DNA from: Akkermansiaceae bacterium
GTDB taxonomy: Bacteria > Verrucomicrobiota > Verrucomicrobiia > Verrucomicrobiales > Akkermansiaceae
DNA: 39,128 nucleotides
Assembly: GCA_051251915.1 (NCBI GenBank)
Contig: JBPOGF010000028.1
Span: 1 to 39,128, forward strand
Reading direction: 5' to 3'
Shown here: piece by piece, positions 36,661 through 39,128 of the stretch
How the letters are laid out: each line of letters opens with the position of its first letter
Position numbering within the stretch: the stretch's first letter is position 1
Made by a program: the position numbers and the translations under genes
The notes under the pieces: generated by a model
The model's database searches: none
What the model saw: the letters and a program-made list of their open reading frames with translations, nothing else
What the model was told of the DNA's origin: nothing

Positions 36661-39051
36661 TTACTCAATTTCAACTCTCCAAAATAGCTTGGGGTTTCCT
36701 TGGTCGATCTCATACTCATACTTAATGTCTCCATTTATCTGAGCTGTGGCGGAGAGAAGTTTCACATCGTCAGTGAGAGTGGTAGCTTCTATCCATCCAT
36801 CCAGATCATCATTGAAATCTAATTTTAGTGAATAACCGTCGTCAATAGATTCTTTGGAAAGGGTGATTGTGAGAATTCCATTTTCATCTGGTTGAAGATC
36901 GCCAAGATTGGTAATTCCGGTGGCGAACTCAATAACGTTTGAGATGCCGTTATTATTATGATCCTCTTCAGTGTTGGCTCCAGTATTAGCTCCGTTAGCC
37001 CATGCTTGGAAGTTACTAGGCTCGAAAGTCATTTCTACCTGATCCATGATGGGAGAGACTCCAGAGACTACCGTGTTATCTACGCTGAACTCAAACTGAA
37101 AACCAAAACCACTCGGTAGGCTTGAGAGATCGAGACCAGCTGGTGTTAGAGAAACAACGCGGACGAACCCAGGGGTGTAATCGTATTGTTCGTTGATCGC
37201 TTGCCAGTTTGTCCATTGGTCAATAGTGCCATTGCCATCAGTATCGACACCTGCTCTGGCTTGAACCCCGTCCACCCATGGTCCAGGGCTTGTGTAGTCG
37301 GTATTCTGCTGGGTGAATAGATGGAACTTGCCTTCAGCAAAACCAACCGAGGGATCCGGGTGTCCAGCATGCATTTCTCCAGTGAATTCGAATTCGCCAT
37401 AGATCGAATCACTCGCCCATCGGCCCATTCTGATGCTTTGGCCTGCTGGATCATAATCGCAGAACATGAAGAGACGCGAGCCGATCTTTACGGTCGTCCA
37501 GTCACCGAAGGCATCCTGTTCTGGGCTATGAATCTCGTATTCCGCATTAGGAAAGTTCGGGTGGTTGTAGGTGCCTATTACGCCTGTGGGTGTGGTGCGA
37601 ACATCAATAGGTGGCTGGTGTTCGCCCTCCACGAAGCCTGTTATGCCGTCCACACTGGTGGTGTGTCCTGCTAGCGGTGAGTCCCAAGCATGAGTGCTAG
37701 CCTTGATGGGGCTCCAATCCTCGTAGATCAGATGGAAGAGTCCGTCTTTGTCGTCACGAAAGAGGCTGCAGTCTGAACCATGTTCACCAGCTGCTCTGGG
37801 GAAGGCTGCTCCCATGTAGGTGCCCACGACTCCATCGCCTAGATCATCGTCGATGAAGAGGTGTGGAGTGTGATCGTTATCGTAGTCAGAATAAATATAG
37901 AAGGAGCCATCCTTGTATTCCGCAGAAGTAACCCAGCGACCTGTGACTGGCGCGGTGACGGGTCCTTTGTGAGTCCAGGTCACCATGTCGGTACTGTGCC
38001 AAGCGTGATATCCATTGGTAGATCCTTTCCCTAGGAAATAGTAATCTTTATCTCCTGCAGGGACGAATACTGGAGCATCCCCAGCACCTGAGGGTCCGAG
38101 GTTTCCAGTTGATGCAGTCCAGTTTTCCCAAGCTGCAGATTGCTGGAAATTGACCGAAGTAGCCTTTGTTTTTACCGGGAAGGTTTTGATGATGCTAGAG
38201 AAAGTGGCGGTGTCGGCGGTAGGCTCAACGTAGCCACCAGCGATAGTCATATTACTACTACTTAGTGTCGTGGCAGCCCATTCTGCGGCATCTTTGACGA
38301 TCCATCGGTCACCGAAGTTGGCGTCACATTGGGTGGTAAAGATATTAGAGATCTGATTAATGAGTGTCGGTATAGCGATGGAATTTACAGCATTTGCAGG
38401 GATATGGATTTGCACATCACCAGGGGAATCGGCACGGACAGATACGGTGAAATAACGGTTGGCAAACTCACGACGAGCTTGTGCTGTAACCGATAGAACT
38501 GTTCCGTTAGTAACTTGAAAATCACCCACCTCTAATCCGCTGACTGCTTCGCTAAATGTTAGGTGGATATCGAATTCCGGAGTGCTCGTCGTATTTCCAC
38601 CATAGATGGCGACAGTAAGTGGGGCGGCATAGTTTGTGAGAAGCTGATTCGATGCAGCGTTCATTAGGCCATCGCCATCAAGATCAATCACCGAGTTCTT
38701 AGGTAAGTCAATAGTGACGTCACCTATCGCAGTAGGGGTTACCAGAATAGTGTAGTTTGATCCAGTGCCATCTAAAATAGAAAGAGTCGCATTAGGGCTG
38801 AGAAAATCATTGAGTTCGAGACCGGTGACAGGTTCCGTAAAGTTGATTGTTACTGTGTAAGGACCAAATACCACGGAGTTGGCAGTGCTCAATGTTGGCA
38901 ATACTTGGTCGCTTCCAGGTTCTATATAAGTAGTTACCAGAGTATTGGAAACTGTGTTCATTTTACTATCTCCATCAGTATCAGTGACGGATGAAGCCGG
39001 CAGCGTGATCGACACATCACCATTTGAAGCTGGGTCTACGGTGACAGTCCA
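36661..39051 (-). pseudogene. 3' part of a large secreted Ig-repeat plus five-bladed beta-propeller (GH43-like) protein, 5'-truncated by IS insertion
   Basis: Begins mid Ig repeat (WTVTVDP..GDVSITLP) with no signal peptide; further repeats (INFTEPVTGLE, LTFSEAVSGLE); DAPVF/AWHSTDM..W/SDCSLFRD propeller motifs; DHNNNG..E and LFWRV tail. Confidence 0.7.
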
Positions 39052-39128
39052 GAATGGCACTCACTTAAGCAGATTTTCTGTAGTTATTTCGGTGATGGAT
39101 TTCTGTAAATATGTGTCTTGGTTGGGTT
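39052..39128 (-). mobile_element. Right end of an IS4-family insertion sequence (terminal IR plus last 20 codons of transposase)
   Basis: IR GAATGGCACTCACTTAAG (39052-39069) resembles the E. coli IS4 end TAATGCCAGTCAGTTAAG as recalled; minus frame TQPRHIFTEIHHRNNYRKSA* with its stop (39065-39067) inside the IR. Confidence 0.75.

Noticed and set aside
39061..39126. In-frame upstream segment PNQDTYLQKSITEITTENLLK* suggesting stop read-through into the 799-aa ORF
   Set aside because: It does not resemble the missing Ig-repeat half; the alternative frame and the IR fit an IS4 end much better.

Overview
A gene-dense bacterial chromosomal window, most likely Verrucomicrobiota (Rubritalea/Luteolibacter-like). 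That placement rests on a PEP-CTERM protein, a planctomycete-type cytochrome c domain, few obvious Shine-Dalgarno sites, and C-terminal tails typical of verrucomicrobial secreted proteins. Ordinary genes include gluQ, rpsT, blc, a LysE exporter, a YiiX-type enzyme, a glycolipid GT28/HAD/lysophospholipase operon and an SF1 helicase. The main candidate system is an approximately 9.5 kb haem/iron-acquisition island at 18810-28303. It carries an autotransporter divergent from a TonB-dependent haem receptor and flavodoxin, two tandem and highly diverged HemS/ChuX-fold genes divergent from a PEP-CTERM surface protein, a PchR-like AraC regulator behind a Fur-type box, and DUF6607. Three of its intergenic regions share a TTAGCGnTCA motif, which occurs as 21-bp-period direct repeats in two of them. 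Other notable signals: a probable ~87-nt small RNA with its own promoter and terminator (17178-17264); a 2566-aa TPR/alpha-2-macroglobulin-like protein with an internally duplicated module and no thioester motif; a tandem pair of paralogous membrane-anchored proteins; and an IS4-family end at the right edge that has disrupted a large Ig-repeat/beta-propeller glycoside-hydrolase-like gene of atypical strand composition. No rRNA, tRNA or CRISPR array was seen. All family assignments come from motif recognition by eye, not database searches.
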